Assembly: GCA_963728445.1 (NCBI GenBank)
Contig: CAVSJO010000008.1
Coordinates: 122,333 to 186,332 of the forward strand
Direction of reading: 5' to 3'
DNA length: 64,000 nucleotides
From: an uncultured Gemmatimonadales bacterium
GTDB taxonomy: Bacteria; Gemmatimonadota; Gemmatimonadetes; Longimicrobiales; RSA9
Shown here piece after piece: positions 39,342 to 49,724 of the stretch. Position numbers and translations under genes: made by a program. The notes below the pieces were generated by a model. The model worked only from the letters and a program-made list of their open reading frames with translations, made no database searches and was not told the DNA's origin. Numbering within the stretch: the stretch's first letter is position 1; each line of letters begins with the position of its first letter.

Positions 39342-40853
39342 ATGACCGAGACGAGCGGAGGCGCCGAAGCGCCGCGGCTGGATCCGGGCCAGAGCGGGCT
39401 CGGGGACATGGATCCCGAGGCCTTCCGGGCCCACGGCCGTGCCGTCGTGGACTGGATCGCCGACTACCTCGCCGAGGTGGGCGAGCTGCCGGTCCTGCCG
39501 GACATGCGGCCGGGCGATCTCGTGGCCGCGCTGCCGGGGGAGGCGCCGGCGGGACCGGAGCCCATGGACGCGATCCTCGCCGACTTCCGCCGGCTCATCA
39601 TACCCGGAACGACGCATTGGAACCACCCCGGATTCCTGGCCTACTTCGGAATCACGGGCTCCGGACCGGGCATTCTGGGGGAGGCGCTCGCCGCGGCGCT
39701 GAACGTGAACGCGATGCTGTGGCGCAGCGGTCCGGCGCAGACGGAGCTGGAGCAGGTCACGCTGGAGTGGCTGCGCCGGCTGCTCGGTCTGCCGGACGGG
39801 CTGACGGGCACGATCACGGACACGGCCTCCAGCAGCACGTTCTACGCCCTGGCCGCCGCCCGGGAGTCGCATCCGGAGCTGCGGATCCGGGAGGAGGGGA
39901 TGGCCGGACGCCCGGACCTCCCGGCGCTGCGGGTCTACTGCTCGGAGGAAGCGCATTCGAGCGTCGACAAGGCGGTGATCGCGCTGGGGCTCGGGATCGC
40001 GGGCGTGCGCCGCATCGCGACGGACGACGAGATGCGCCTGGACGTGGAAGCGCTGCGCAGGGCCGTCGCCGAGGACCGCGCGGCCGGGCACCGGCCACTG
40101 GCGGTCGTGGCCACGACGGGAACGACGTCCACCACCGCGGTGGACCCGGTCCCGGCCATCGCCGACGTGTGCGCCGCCGAGGGCATGTGGCTGCACGTGG
40201 ACGCGGCATACGGCGGGGCCGCTGCTGCTGTCCCGGAGATGCGGTGGGTTCTCGAGGGGTGTGAACGAGCGGACTCCCTGGTGGTGAATCCGCACAAGTG
40301 GCTGTTCACGCCCATCGACTGCTCGGCGCTGTACACGCGCCGTCCGGACGTGCTCCGGCGCGCGTTCAGCCTCACGCCGGAATACCTGAAGACGTCGCTC
40401 GGAGACGACGTCTTCAACCTGATGGACTACGGGCTCGCGCTGGGCCGGCGCTTCCGCTCGCTCAAGCTGTGGTTCGTCCTGCGCTACTTCGGGGCGGAGG
40501 GGATCGCGGCGCGGATCCGGGAGCACATCCGCCTCGCGTCCGAGCTGGCGGGATGGGTCGACGACGAGCCCGGGTGGGAGCGTCTCACGCCGACGCGCTT
40601 CTCCGTGGTCGTCTTCCGGCACCGGCCAGACGTGCTGCCGGGGGTCGGCGGGGTGTGGGACGAGGCGGCGCTCGAGGCGCACAATGCCCGCCTCCTGGAA
40701 GCACTCAACGGAACCGGGGAGTTCTTCCTGTCCCACACGAAGGTGCGGGGGCGCTTCGCGCTGCGGGCGGCGGTGGGGAACCTGCGAACGGACGCGGATC
40801 GGCTGAACCGGCTGCGGTCGCGGCTGAGGGAGCTGGCGGGCGAGATCGCCTGA
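39342..40853 (+). CDS. Group II PLP decarboxylase (aromatic L-amino acid decarboxylase-like)
   Basis: THWNHP, AHSSVDK, HVDAAYGG, NPHKW, LGRRFRSLKLW. Confidence 0.9.
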   Translation: MTETSGGAEAPRLDPGQSGLGDMDPEAFRAHGRAVVDWIADYLAEVGELPVLPDMRPGDLVAALPGEAPAGPEPMDAILADFRRLIIPGTTHWNHPGFLAYFGITGSGPGILGEALAAALNVNAMLWRSGPAQTELEQVTLEWLRRLLGLPDGLTGTITDTASSSTFYALAAARESHPELRIREEGMAGRPDLPALRVYCSEEAHSSVDKAVIALGLGIAGVRRIATDDEMRLDVEALRRAVAEDRAAGHRPLAVVATTGTTSTTAVDPVPAIADVCAAEGMWLHVDAAYGGAAAAVPEMRWVLEGCERADSLVVNPHKWLFTPIDCSALYTRRPDVLRRAFSLTPEYLKTSLGDDVFNLMDYGLALGRRFRSLKLWFVLRYFGAEGIAARIREHIRLASELAGWVDDEPGWERLTPTRFSVVVFRHRPDVLPGVGGVWDEAALEAHNARLLEALNGTGEFFLSHTKVRGRFALRAAVGNLRTDADRLNRLRSRLRELAGEIA

Positions 40854-40869
40854 CGGCGGCGCGAGCGGG

Positions 40870-41724
40870 TCAGCCCTTCCGCAGGAGGTGGTGACTGACG
40901 GCACCGTCGCGGACGAGGTCGACGGCGGCGTAGCCGGCATGGAATCGCCGGACGAACGCGGCGCGGGTGGCCTCGCGCCAGCGGCGGGCCAGGGCCGGGT
41001 CGGCGGTCTTCAGGGACTGGATGTCGGCCGGGATCGCGACGCGGACGACGGACGGATCGCCGGCGACGTCGCCCGTCAGCGGCGCCGGCCAGGTCCCCGC
41101 GCGGTCCGCCTCCACGTCCGCGGGGATCGTCCGCAGTGCGTCGGGGCCGGGCCCGGCGAGGACGCGCTCCGGCCGTCCGGCGAGGGCGTGCTCGACGCGG
41201 GGCGTCGCCACGGCCCAGTCGGCGACGAGGCGGTCGGTGCCGATGCCGGCGTGGAGCGGCGAGTCGGTCTGCCCGTAGTGATCGACGAGGTACTCGGCGG
41301 ACGCGGCGCCGAGCCGCACGAAGTTGAGGTACGCGTTGCGGGACTCGAGGGGATCGAAGGTCCAGTAGACGTGGCCGATCCCCCGGGCCATGACCCGCTC
41401 CCGCTGGAAGCGCTTCAGGCGCTCGCCCACGCCGGCGTCGCGCAGACCCGGGCGAACGGCGAGCATGTCGGACCAGTGGATCGGCCGGTCGCCCTCGTCC
41501 AGGCCCGTGAACCCCACCACGATCCCCACCAGTTCGCCTTCCTGGAACGCGCCGCCGACGAGTCCGCCGAGGCGCGGGATCGTCACGAGCACGGAGACCG
41601 GCACGATCTCGGCGCAGTCCTCCCCCCACGTCGCCTTCTGGAGCGCGACGCAGGCCGCGTACTCGTCGAGGCCGCGAAGGGCGCGGACCTCGATGGGCGG
41701 CCCCCCGGTGCGGTCCGGGCTCAC
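40870..41724 (-). CDS. GNAT acyltransferase (predicted amino-acid N-succinyl/acyltransferase type)
   Basis: HWSDMLAV, LKRFQR, WTFDPLESRNAYLN, TDRLVADW. Confidence 0.8.
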   Translation of the reverse strand: MSPDRTGGPPIEVRALRGLDEYAACVALQKATWGEDCAEIVPVSVLVTIPRLGGLVGGAFQEGELVGIVVGFTGLDEGDRPIHWSDMLAVRPGLRDAGVGERLKRFQRERVMARGIGHVYWTFDPLESRNAYLNFVRLGAASAEYLVDHYGQTDSPLHAGIGTDRLVADWAVATPRVEHALAGRPERVLAGPGPDALRTIPADVEADRAGTWPAPLTGDVAGDPSVVRVAIPADIQSLKTADPALARRWREATRAAFVRRFHAGYAAVDLVRDGAVSHHLLRKG

Positions 41725-42839
41725 GGCTCCTCGAGCAGGCCCCGCAGGAGCGCGACGCGGAGCGGCAGGTCGGCGGCCACGACGTGCTCGTCGACGGCGT
41801 GCGCCCCGCCACCGCGGGGTCCGAGGCCGTCCAGCGTCGGGATGCCCATGGACGCCAGGAAGCTGCCGTCGCTGCCCCCGCCCGTGGACCCTTCCCCCAG
41901 GTCGAGCCCGATCCGGGCCGCGACGTCCCGGGCGCGGCGGTACAGCGACACGACCGCGTCGGTGCGGACCAGGGGCGGTCGCCAGCCGGTCCGCTCGACG
42001 GCCAGGAACGCGCCCGGCCGCGTGGAGCGGAGAGCGTGGAGGGCGGCGTCGACGCGCTCGCCCTCCTCGGGCGTGGCGAAGCGGACGTCGATGTCGGCCT
42101 CCGCCCGGGCCGGGACCACGTTCACGGCGGTGCCACCGCGCACGAGCCCGACGCTCAGGGTGGACCCGGCCTGCCGGTCCGGCACCGCCTCGACGCCGAG
42201 GATCTGCGCCGCCAGCTCGAGGATGGCACTGACCCCGGCGTCCGGATCGACGCCCGCGTGGGCGGCACGGCCCGTGACGACGAGACGGTACGTCGCCACG
42301 CCCTTCCGTGCGGTCTTGGCCTTGCCCCCGGGCAGCGACGGCTCGAGGACGAGAGCCGAAGCGGCGCCCTCGGCCTCGTGGCCGAGCCAGTCCCGGGACG
42401 CGTCGGAGCCGACCTCCTCGTCGCACGTGACGAGAACGCGGACGGGGCGGGCCGGGCGACGCCCCTGCTCCGCGAGCTGCGTGAGCGCCTCGACGATGAC
42501 GGCGAGCCCGGCCTTCATGTCGAAGGTGCCGGGGCCCTCGGCCCTGTCGTCCACGATGCGGAAGGGTCTCTCGGCGAGGGTGCCGACGGGGTGAACGGTG
42601 TCGAGATGGCCAAGGAGGATCGTGGGTGCGGCGTCGGGCTCGGCGCCCGGTACGTCGGCCCGGACGTGGTGCCCGAAGCCGTCGTGCGGGACGAGCTCGA
42701 CGCTGGCGCCGGCCCCCTCGAGCTCCGCGGCCAGGACGCGGGCGAGAGCGGTGGCCCGGGGGGCGTCCCCGGTGGGCGTCTCGTGCTCGACGTAGCGGCG
42801 CATGCGCGCCAGCACTCGCGACTCCTCGTGTTTCGCCAA
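41721..42839 (-). CDS. M20 metallopeptidase (glutamate carboxypeptidase-like)
   Basis: GHLDTV, DMKAG, DEEVGS, GGSDG, GAHA. Confidence 0.88.
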   Translation of the reverse strand: MAKHEESRVLARMRRYVEHETPTGDAPRATALARVLAAELEGAGASVELVPHDGFGHHVRADVPGAEPDAAPTILLGHLDTVHPVGTLAERPFRIVDDRAEGPGTFDMKAGLAVIVEALTQLAEQGRRPARPVRVLVTCDEEVGSDASRDWLGHEAEGAASALVLEPSLPGGKAKTARKGVATYRLVVTGRAAHAGVDPDAGVSAILELAAQILGVEAVPDRQAGSTLSVGLVRGGTAVNVVPARAEADIDVRFATPEEGERVDAALHALRSTRPGAFLAVERTGWRPPLVRTDAVVSLYRRARDVAARIGLDLGEGSTGGGSDGSFLASMGIPTLDGLGPRGGGAHAVDEHVVAADLPLRVALLRGLLEEP

Positions 42840-42840
42840 C

Positions 42841-44316
42841 TCAGGCCTCCCGTTCGTCGCGTCGGTAGCTCTCGGCGAGCAGCTCGATGGGGTGCAGCAC
42901 GGGTCGATGGTCGCCCTCCAGGAGCAGGCCGGCGCCGATCTGCATGATGCAGCCCGGGTTGCCGGTGACGACCACGTCGCCGCCGGAGTCACGGGCGTCG
43001 TCGACCTTGTCGTGGAGGATGCGGCCGCCGAGGTCCGGGTGCATGAGTCCGTAGATCCCGGCGCCGCCACAGCATTCCTCGAAGCGGGCAAGGGGCCGGA
43101 TCCGGAGGCCCGGGACGGCGTCGGCCAGAACCCGCATGGGCGCGTCGTGGATACGCTGCGCGTGGTAGAGGTGGCAGGGCGCGTCGTACGCGGCCTCGAG
43201 GCGGACGGGCGCGCCGGGGCGGGCTCCGGTCTCGTCGAGGAACTCGAATACGTCCCGCACCCGGGCCGCCAGCGATCGGGCTCTCTCCGCGTAGAGGGGC
43301 TCGTCCGCGAGGAGCTCTCCGTACTCCTTCATCATCGCGCCGCAGCCGGCGGCGTTTACGATGACGGCCTCGGTGTCCGGAGCGGAGAAGGCGTCGACGT
43401 TGCGCCGGGCCAGCTCCCGGGCTCCCTCCAGGTCCCCGGCGTGGGCGTGGAGCGCGCCGCAGCACGCCTGCCCGCGGGCGGCCACCACGTCGCAGCCGTT
43501 GCGGCGCAGCACCGCGGCGGTGGCGACGTTCACGCGCCGGAAGAGTCCGTGCTGGACGCATCCCCGCAGCATGGCCACACGACGGGCGGGCCCACCCCGC
43601 ACCGCGACGGCGTCGGCCCGGGCCCTTGCCCGGTCCAGCACGCTCTCCGTCGGATGCGCCGCGGGCGATCCGCCGCCGGAGCCGGGCGGCTGCGTGCCGG
43701 CCCCGCCGGTCTCGGCGGCGTCCTCCTCCGTGGCGCTGCTCTCGTCCGCCTTCCAGCCGTGTCGCCGCGGCGGCCCTCCCGCTCCGCGCAAGCCGGACCA
43801 CGGGCGCGTCGCGCCGAGCATCGCCAGGCCGAACCGGACTCGGGAGAAGCGGCGAGGCAGGCTGCGGACGAGGCCGTGCACCAGGCCCGAGCTGCGGAGC
43901 GCGCGCCCCAGCCAGAGGACGAAGGCGGTCAGTCCCGTGCTGCGGAAGATCCGCAGCATGACCCGGGTCGGCCACGGCATCCCCCGGGCGCGCGCCGAGA
44001 CCTCCCGCGCCCGCTCCAGCAGGAAGCCGTACTGCACCCCCGACGGACACACCGTCTCGCAGGCCCGGCAGCCGAGGCAGCGGTCGATGTGCTCGGCGAA
44101 CGCCTCCGACTCGGCGGCGAGGCGGCCCTCCACCACGGCGCGCATGAGATAGAGGCGGCCGCGGGGTGAGTCGTTCTCGTCGCCCAGCCGGGTGTACGTC
44201 GGGCACGCCGTAAGGCAGAAGCCGCAGTGCACGCACGCGAGCAGCCGGTCTTCCTGCTCGGCCAGCGCCGCGTTCAGGGCTCCGTGTGGCGTGCCGACAC
44301 TTCGGGGCTCCGTCAT
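42841..44316 (-). CDS. glcF: Glycolate oxidase Fe-S subunit GlcF-like
   Basis: CVHCGFCLTACP, CLGCRACETVCP, two CCG domains. Confidence 0.88.
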   Translation of the reverse strand: MTEPRSVGTPHGALNAALAEQEDRLLACVHCGFCLTACPTYTRLGDENDSPRGRLYLMRAVVEGRLAAESEAFAEHIDRCLGCRACETVCPSGVQYGFLLERAREVSARARGMPWPTRVMLRIFRSTGLTAFVLWLGRALRSSGLVHGLVRSLPRRFSRVRFGLAMLGATRPWSGLRGAGGPPRRHGWKADESSATEEDAAETGGAGTQPPGSGGGSPAAHPTESVLDRARARADAVAVRGGPARRVAMLRGCVQHGLFRRVNVATAAVLRRNGCDVVAARGQACCGALHAHAGDLEGARELARRNVDAFSAPDTEAVIVNAAGCGAMMKEYGELLADEPLYAERARSLAARVRDVFEFLDETGARPGAPVRLEAAYDAPCHLYHAQRIHDAPMRVLADAVPGLRIRPLARFEECCGGAGIYGLMHPDLGGRILHDKVDDARDSGGDVVVTGNPGCIMQIGAGLLLEGDHRPVLHPIELLAESYRRDEREA

Positions 44317-44325
44317 GCCTCTCCT

Positions 44326-45678
44326 CTACACCACGTAGCGGCCGGGCGCCAGCACGCCGGCCGGATCGAATCTGCGCTTCAGCTCCCTCATGATCGCGAG
44401 GACGTGCGGGTCGACGGGCCCGAACGGGTCCGCCTCCTTCAGGACCCCCGCCGCCCGGTCCACGACCAGCGTCCCGTGCTGACCCGGGTGCCCCGCTCCC
44501 GCCAGCTCCTCCCGAGCCGCGTCCACCGCGTCGGCCGCGTGGGCGCCGGCCGGTCCGACCTCGCCGGGACCGACGAGCAGGCGCACGATGCCGTCTGCGG
44601 CGTGGGCGACGACGCAGGGACCGCCGCCGGGCGCCCCGCCGTCGGGGGCGCCGCCGCCGCCGAGCGCCCGGGCCAGCGCCAGCGCGGCCTCCAGCGTCTC
44701 GGCCAGGCACGCCGGCGGCCGGGCGAGACGCAGCACGCCGGGCGACGTGGCCTCGGCTTCGGCCACGCGGGCCAGCACGTCGTCGGCGCCCTCCGCTACC
44801 GGCAGGTCCGCCGCGGCCGCGACGCGGCGGCCCAGGTCCTCGACCCGCTCCTCGCCACCCGTAAGGCGCGCGATCAGCAGCCACGGGCCGGCGGCCTGCC
44901 GCCCGCCGCGGCCCTCCGTACTGCCCTCCGCCACAAGGCCCGGCGAGACGATCTCGAGGGCCGCCGGCTCCAGCCGCTCCGCGCGGATGCGGCCTGCGGC
45001 GGCCGCAGCAGCCCCTGCGTCGTGCGCGCGGAACCCGAGGACCACGTCCCGGGCCGGGCGCGCGTACAGGCGGAGCGTCGCGGCCGTGAGGACGCCGAGC
45101 GTGCCTCGGCTGCCCACGAGCAGGCGGACGAGGTCGTAGCCGGCGACGTTCTTGACGACGCGGCCGCCCACGCGCAGAACGTGCCCCGCGCCGTCGACGA
45201 AGGAGAGGCCGAGGGCGTAGTCCCGCGGCGTCCCGTAGGCGGCCCGGAGCGGCCCCGCCGCCGCCGTGGCGAGGGTGGCGCCCACGGTCGCGGCGGAGCG
45301 GACGGGCGGATCGAGGGGCAGCCACTGCCCGTTCGCGCCCACGCGATCGGCGAGGGCGGCGTGCGATTCGCCCGCCCGGACGGTGACGGTCAGCTCGTCG
45401 GGATCGTACTCGGTCGCGCCCGTCAGGCGGCGGGTGGAGAGGACCACGTCGACGCCCGCGGGCGTGCGGCCGCCGTCCAGGCGCGTGCAGCCGCCGGCCG
45501 GCTCGACGCGCCAGCCTTCCCGCGCAGCTTCGGCGACCACGGCGGCGACGGCGTCCGCGTCCGCCGGCTCGACGAGGGCGCGGGGACTCACGCCGCGTAC
45601 GGCGGGGAGGTCCGCCCCCTGCCGGACGGCGTCCGTACCGGCGAGCTGGCGGAGCCGGGTGACGAGGGCGTCAGCCAA
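44326..45678 (-). CDS. glcE: FAD-binding oxidoreductase GlcE-like
   Basis: GGRVVKNVAGYDL, GSRGTLG, FDPAGVLAPG. Confidence 0.85.
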   Translation of the reverse strand: MADALVTRLRQLAGTDAVRQGADLPAVRGVSPRALVEPADADAVAAVVAEAAREGWRVEPAGGCTRLDGGRTPAGVDVVLSTRRLTGATEYDPDELTVTVRAGESHAALADRVGANGQWLPLDPPVRSAATVGATLATAAAGPLRAAYGTPRDYALGLSFVDGAGHVLRVGGRVVKNVAGYDLVRLLVGSRGTLGVLTAATLRLYARPARDVVLGFRAHDAGAAAAAAGRIRAERLEPAALEIVSPGLVAEGSTEGRGGRQAAGPWLLIARLTGGEERVEDLGRRVAAAADLPVAEGADDVLARVAEAEATSPGVLRLARPPACLAETLEAALALARALGGGGAPDGGAPGGGPCVVAHAADGIVRLLVGPGEVGPAGAHAADAVDAAREELAGAGHPGQHGTLVVDRAAGVLKEADPFGPVDPHVLAIMRELKRRFDPAGVLAPGRYVV

Positions 45679-47113
45679 CGTCGCCTTCCTCGATGCGCGT
45701 CGCGGGACCCGTCCACTCGCGGCACGAGTGGATGGGAAGGACCTTGCCTGGATTGGCGCGGCCGTCGGGGTCGAAGACGCGCCGGACGTCGCACATGAGG
45801 GCCAGCTCGTCGGCGCCATAGACCAGGTCCATGTAGTCCCGCTTGTCTAGCCCGACGCCGTGCTCGCCCGTGATCGTGCCGCCCGCGTCCACGCACGCCT
45901 GCATGATCTCCTTCGACGCGCGGTGGACGCGCTCCACCTGGTCCGGGTCGCGGCGGTCGAAGACGATGTTCGGGTGGAGGTTCCCGTCCCCCGCATGGAA
46001 GACGTTGGTGACGGTGAGCCCCTCCCGCTCGCCGATGGCGCGGATGCGGCGGAGCACGGCGGGCAGCTTCGTGCGCGGCACGACGGCGTCCTGAACGAGG
46101 AGCTCGGGAGCGAGGCGGCCGAGGGCGCCGAACGCCTTCTTGCGGCCCTGCCAGAGGCGCTGCCGCTCGGCCTCGTCCCGTGCGCGCCGGACCTCCCGGG
46201 CGCCGTGGGCCGTGCAGATCTCCCGCACCCGGTCCGCCTCGGCGCCGAGGCCCGCGCGAGCGCCGTCCAGCTCGACGACGAGCGCGGCGTCGGCGTCCGT
46301 CGGGTAGCCGGCGGCGTAGATGCTCGCCTCCACGGCACGGATCGTCGGGCCGTCGATCATCTCCAGCGCCGCCGGAAGGAGGCCCGCGGCGATGATCGCG
46401 CTGACGGCACGGGCCGCGTCCTCGAGGTCGTCGAAGATGCCGAGGAGCGTCTCCACCGCCTCGGGCAGGGGGGTGAGCTTCACCTCGATCTCGGTGGCGA
46501 CCCCGAAGGTGCCCTCGCTGCCCACGAACAGACCCACGAGGTCGTACCCGACGCGCTCGCCTCCGTCCGCGCCGAGGCGTACGACGGCGCCGTCCGGAAG
46601 CACGACCGTGAGGCCGAGGATGTGGTTGCTCGTGACGCCGTACTTCAGGCAGTGGGGCCCGCCCGCGTTCTCGGCGACGTTGCCGCCGAGGGTGCACGCG
46701 GCCTGGGAGCTGGGGTCGGGCGTGTACTGGAGACCGTAGGGAGCCGCCTCCCGGGACAGACGGACGTTCACGACGCCGGGCTGGACGCGCGCGGTCCGGT
46801 TCACGGGGTGGATGTCCAGAATCCGGGTCATGCGGGCCGTGGACACGGCGACGGCGTCCTCCATGGCGAGGGCGCCGCCGGACAGACCGGTCCCGGCCCC
46901 GCGGGGCACGAAGGGGATGCCTGCGGCGTGCAGGCGGCGCAGCACGGCGGCGGTCTCCTCCGTGCTGCGGGGGAACACGACTGCCCGCGGGCGCACCCGA
47001 TACGCCGTCAGGCCGTCGGACTCGTAGACGAGGAGGCGGCCGGGATCGGTGATCACGCCGTCGTCGCCCACCAGGGCGCGCAGCTCGACGGCGAGCTCGT
47101 CCGGCAGGCTCAT
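45671..47113 (-). CDS. glcD: FAD-linked oxidase GlcD-like
   Basis: RGAGTGLSGG, PDPSSQ, GPHCLKYG, HAGDGNLH, GEHGVG. Confidence 0.9.
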   Translation of the reverse strand: MSLPDELAVELRALVGDDGVITDPGRLLVYESDGLTAYRVRPRAVVFPRSTEETAAVLRRLHAAGIPFVPRGAGTGLSGGALAMEDAVAVSTARMTRILDIHPVNRTARVQPGVVNVRLSREAAPYGLQYTPDPSSQAACTLGGNVAENAGGPHCLKYGVTSNHILGLTVVLPDGAVVRLGADGGERVGYDLVGLFVGSEGTFGVATEIEVKLTPLPEAVETLLGIFDDLEDAARAVSAIIAAGLLPAALEMIDGPTIRAVEASIYAAGYPTDADAALVVELDGARAGLGAEADRVREICTAHGAREVRRARDEAERQRLWQGRKKAFGALGRLAPELLVQDAVVPRTKLPAVLRRIRAIGEREGLTVTNVFHAGDGNLHPNIVFDRRDPDQVERVHRASKEIMQACVDAGGTITGEHGVGLDKRDYMDLVYGADELALMCDVRRVFDPDGRANPGKVLPIHSCREWTGPATRIEEGDVG

Positions 47114-47910
47114 GCCAGCTCCCATCGAGGGCCGACGCGCCGCACGCGGCCTTCGGAGCACAGGTGGTCGAGGTAGGCCCGCATGGCGCCGGCGGCCGCG
47201 GCGCGCAGACCGGGCGCCAGTGCCGGACCGTACACCCTGTCGACGAGGGTGTCGAGGCCTGCGGGTCCGGCGGCGAGGGCGTCGAGGGCCTGGCGGAGGC
47301 GCTCGGAGCGATGCTCGACGTAGCGGTCGAGGGCGGCGCGCGGGTCCTCGAACGGCTCGCCGTGGGCGGGATAGATCACGGAGGGCTCGAGGGCGCGGAG
47401 TCGGCGCAGGGAGGCGAGGTAGCGGCCGAGGTCGCCGTCGGGCGGCGCCACGAGGGCCGAGTCCTGGCCGCCGAGCATGAGGTCGCCGCAGAACACCGCG
47501 CTCGCCGCGGGCCAGTGGAAGGCCGCGTGGTCGGCGGTGTGACCCGGCGTCGCGAGGGTCGTGAGCGGCCCCTGATCGGTCTCCACGACGTCGCCCTCGG
47601 CCAGGGTCCCGTGCCCGAAGCAGCGGACCGGCGCGCCGGTGCGGCGGGACAGGTTCGGCGCCGCGCCGGCATGGTCCGGATGGAGATGCGTCAGGAGGAT
47701 GGCGGCGACGCGTCCGCCACCGACCGCGTCGACGATCGCGTCGACGTGCGCGGGCAGATCGGGCCCCGGGTCCACGACGGCGACGCGGTGCGCGCCGACG
47801 AGGTGGGTCCAGGTCCCGTCCAGGGTGAGGGGCGATGGGTTCGGCGCGCGCAGGCGCCGGGGTGTGGGGGCGGGAGCGCCGCCCGCAGCCGAACGCGGCG
47901 GCGCCCCCAC
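47110..47910 (-). CDS. MBL-fold metallo-hydrolase
   Basis: APNPSPLT, THLHPDH, TPGHT, GD, PAHG. Confidence 0.88.
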   Translation of the reverse strand: MGAPPRSAAGGAPAPTPRRLRAPNPSPLTLDGTWTHLVGAHRVAVVDPGPDLPAHVDAIVDAVGGGRVAAILLTHLHPDHAGAAPNLSRRTGAPVRCFGHGTLAEGDVVETDQGPLTTLATPGHTADHAAFHWPAASAVFCGDLMLGGQDSALVAPPDGDLGRYLASLRRLRALEPSVIYPAHGEPFEDPRAALDRYVEHRSERLRQALDALAAGPAGLDTLVDRVYGPALAPGLRAAAAGAMRAYLDHLCSEGRVRRVGPRWELA

Positions 47911-47917
47911 GTCGGTG

Positions 47918-48385
47918 CTACCGGCGCTCCGCCATGAGGACCTCGGCCAGCTTGTCCGCGATGGCCTGGACCTCCTGCTCGTCCGTGTCGCCGAAGGCCT
48001 CGGCCTTGTGGCTGTCGATGTCGATCTGGCCGAGGACCGTGTCGCCGGCGCGGATCAGGACCACCAGCTCCGACTTCACCCGGGGGTTGCAGGCCAGGTA
48101 GTTCTCGACCTTGGTAACGTCGGGAACGTTCTGGTTCTTCCCCTCGGCGACGGCGGTGCCGCAGACGCCTTCCCCCACGGGGATGCGGGCATGCTCCGTC
48201 GGCTTGCCGATGTAGTTGTGGAGCCAGAGGATCTTCTCGTCGGCGTCGTACAGGTACGCGCCCACCCAGTTGTAGCGCTCGTCGGCGGCCTTCACCGCCT
48301 TGATCGCCTCGCGCAGGATCGCGTCGGAGAGGAAGCCCTCCTCGCGCATCTCCTGCAGCCGCTTCACCACCTTGGTCGAATCCAT
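47918..48385 (-). CDS. GAF domain protein, free methionine-R-sulfoxide reductase-like
   Basis: NWVGAY, GEGVCG, YLAC, SELVV, IDIDS. Confidence 0.8.
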   Translation of the reverse strand: MDSTKVVKRLQEMREEGFLSDAILREAIKAVKAADERYNWVGAYLYDADEKILWLHNYIGKPTEHARIPVGEGVCGTAVAEGKNQNVPDVTKVENYLACNPRVKSELVVLIRAGDTVLGQIDIDSHKAEAFGDTDEQEVQAIADKLAEVLMAERR

Positions 48386-48504
48386 GTCCTCGCCAATCGC
48401 TGTTCAGTTGTCCGCGGTGCGTACGCCGGTCGCCGTGTACGCCGGAGCGAGTCCGTCGTTCCCTCGAAGAGGTCGGCGGCCCGGCCCGCGAGCCGTCCGG
48501 CTCA

Positions 48505-49572
48505 TCACCGCGGGACCAGGTCCGTGTCGGGTCCCAGGTCCCGGACGAATGCGGCGATGAGGCGGGCCGCAGCGTCCAGATCCCGGGTGCTCACGATCTC
48601 GTTGGGCGAATGCATGTAGCGGTTCGGGACCGAGACCAGGCCCGTCGGCACGCCGGTACGGGTAAGGTAGATCGCGTCCGCGTCCGTCGACGTGTAGCGG
48701 GGCGACGCCGCGATCGTGTACGGGATCGACTCCCGCTCCGCCGCCTCCACCAGCCGGTCGAATACGACGGGATGGGCCGCCGAGCCGCGCGTCAGGACCG
48801 GCCCGCCGCCCAGCTTGTGCTCGCCCAGCTCCTTCTTCTCGATCATCGGCGCGTCCGTCGAGAACGTCACGTCCACGACGATGGCGACGTCCGGCTCGAG
48901 GGCGAACGCGCTCGTGCGCGCGCCGCCGCCGGAATGCCCGATCTCCTCCTGCGACGTCGCCACGGCGGTGGTCCGAGCCCGGGGCGGGTCGGCCGACAGC
49001 ATGCGCAGCGCCTCGAGGACGACGTACGCGCCGATCCGGTTGTCGATGGAGCGGCTCGCGATCCTGTCGTTGCCCAGCTCGACGAGCTTCGCGTCGATGA
49101 CGCCGCCGTCGCCGACGCGCAGCCCCAGTTCCTTCACCTCGTCCCGGCTCGCCGCGCCCACGTCGATCCAGAGGTCCGTCAGCCTGGACGCCTTTTCGCG
49201 CTCCTCGCTCTTCATGAGGTGGATCGGCTTCTTGCCGATGACGCCCTTCACCGGCCCCTTCTGGCCGAGCAGCACGATGCGCTGCCCCACCAGGACCTGG
49301 GGGTCCCAGCCGCCGATCCCGTCGATGTAGAGGAAGCCGTCGTCGTCGACGTGGGTGATCATCACGCCGATCTCGTCGATGTGCCCCGCGAGCATGACGC
49401 GCGGCGCGCCTGCGCCCGCCAGCGTCGCCATGGAGTTGCCGCTCACGTCGACGGCGACCTCGTCCGCGAAGGACTCCGCCTCCTCGCGCCAGACGCGGCC
49501 CGGCGCCGCCTCGAAGCCGCTCGGGCCCGGCGTGTCGAGCAGCCGCCTCAGGAATTCGATCGATGCCACCAC
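48505..49572 (-). CDS. M42 family aminopeptidase
   Basis: PSGFE, GHIDEIG, DNR, QEEIG, DVT, RYMHSP. Confidence 0.92.
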   Translation of the reverse strand: MVASIEFLRRLLDTPGPSGFEAAPGRVWREEAESFADEVAVDVSGNSMATLAGAGAPRVMLAGHIDEIGVMITHVDDDGFLYIDGIGGWDPQVLVGQRIVLLGQKGPVKGVIGKKPIHLMKSEEREKASRLTDLWIDVGAASRDEVKELGLRVGDGGVIDAKLVELGNDRIASRSIDNRIGAYVVLEALRMLSADPPRARTTAVATSQEEIGHSGGGARTSAFALEPDVAIVVDVTFSTDAPMIEKKELGEHKLGGGPVLTRGSAAHPVVFDRLVEAAERESIPYTIAASPRYTSTDADAIYLTRTGVPTGLVSVPNRYMHSPNEIVSTRDLDAAARLIAAFVRDLGPDTDLVPR

Positions 49573-49724
49573 ACCTCACCGGTTCGGTTCGCGCTGCCCC
49601 GGTCGGGGAGCGCGGGGAAGGTAGGGGCTGCCGGGGACGCTCCGCCAGTGCGGCGACGTCGCGGACCCTTCCGGCCGCCCGGCGGTACTCTTCGGCGCCG
49701 GACGCAGCCAACCACGGGAGCGCC

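Noticed and set aside
43600-43790. Low-complexity insertion in glcF as a possible intein or mobile insert
   Set aside because: No intein motifs or terminal repeats; similar Ala/Gly/Pro linkers occur in many proteins here
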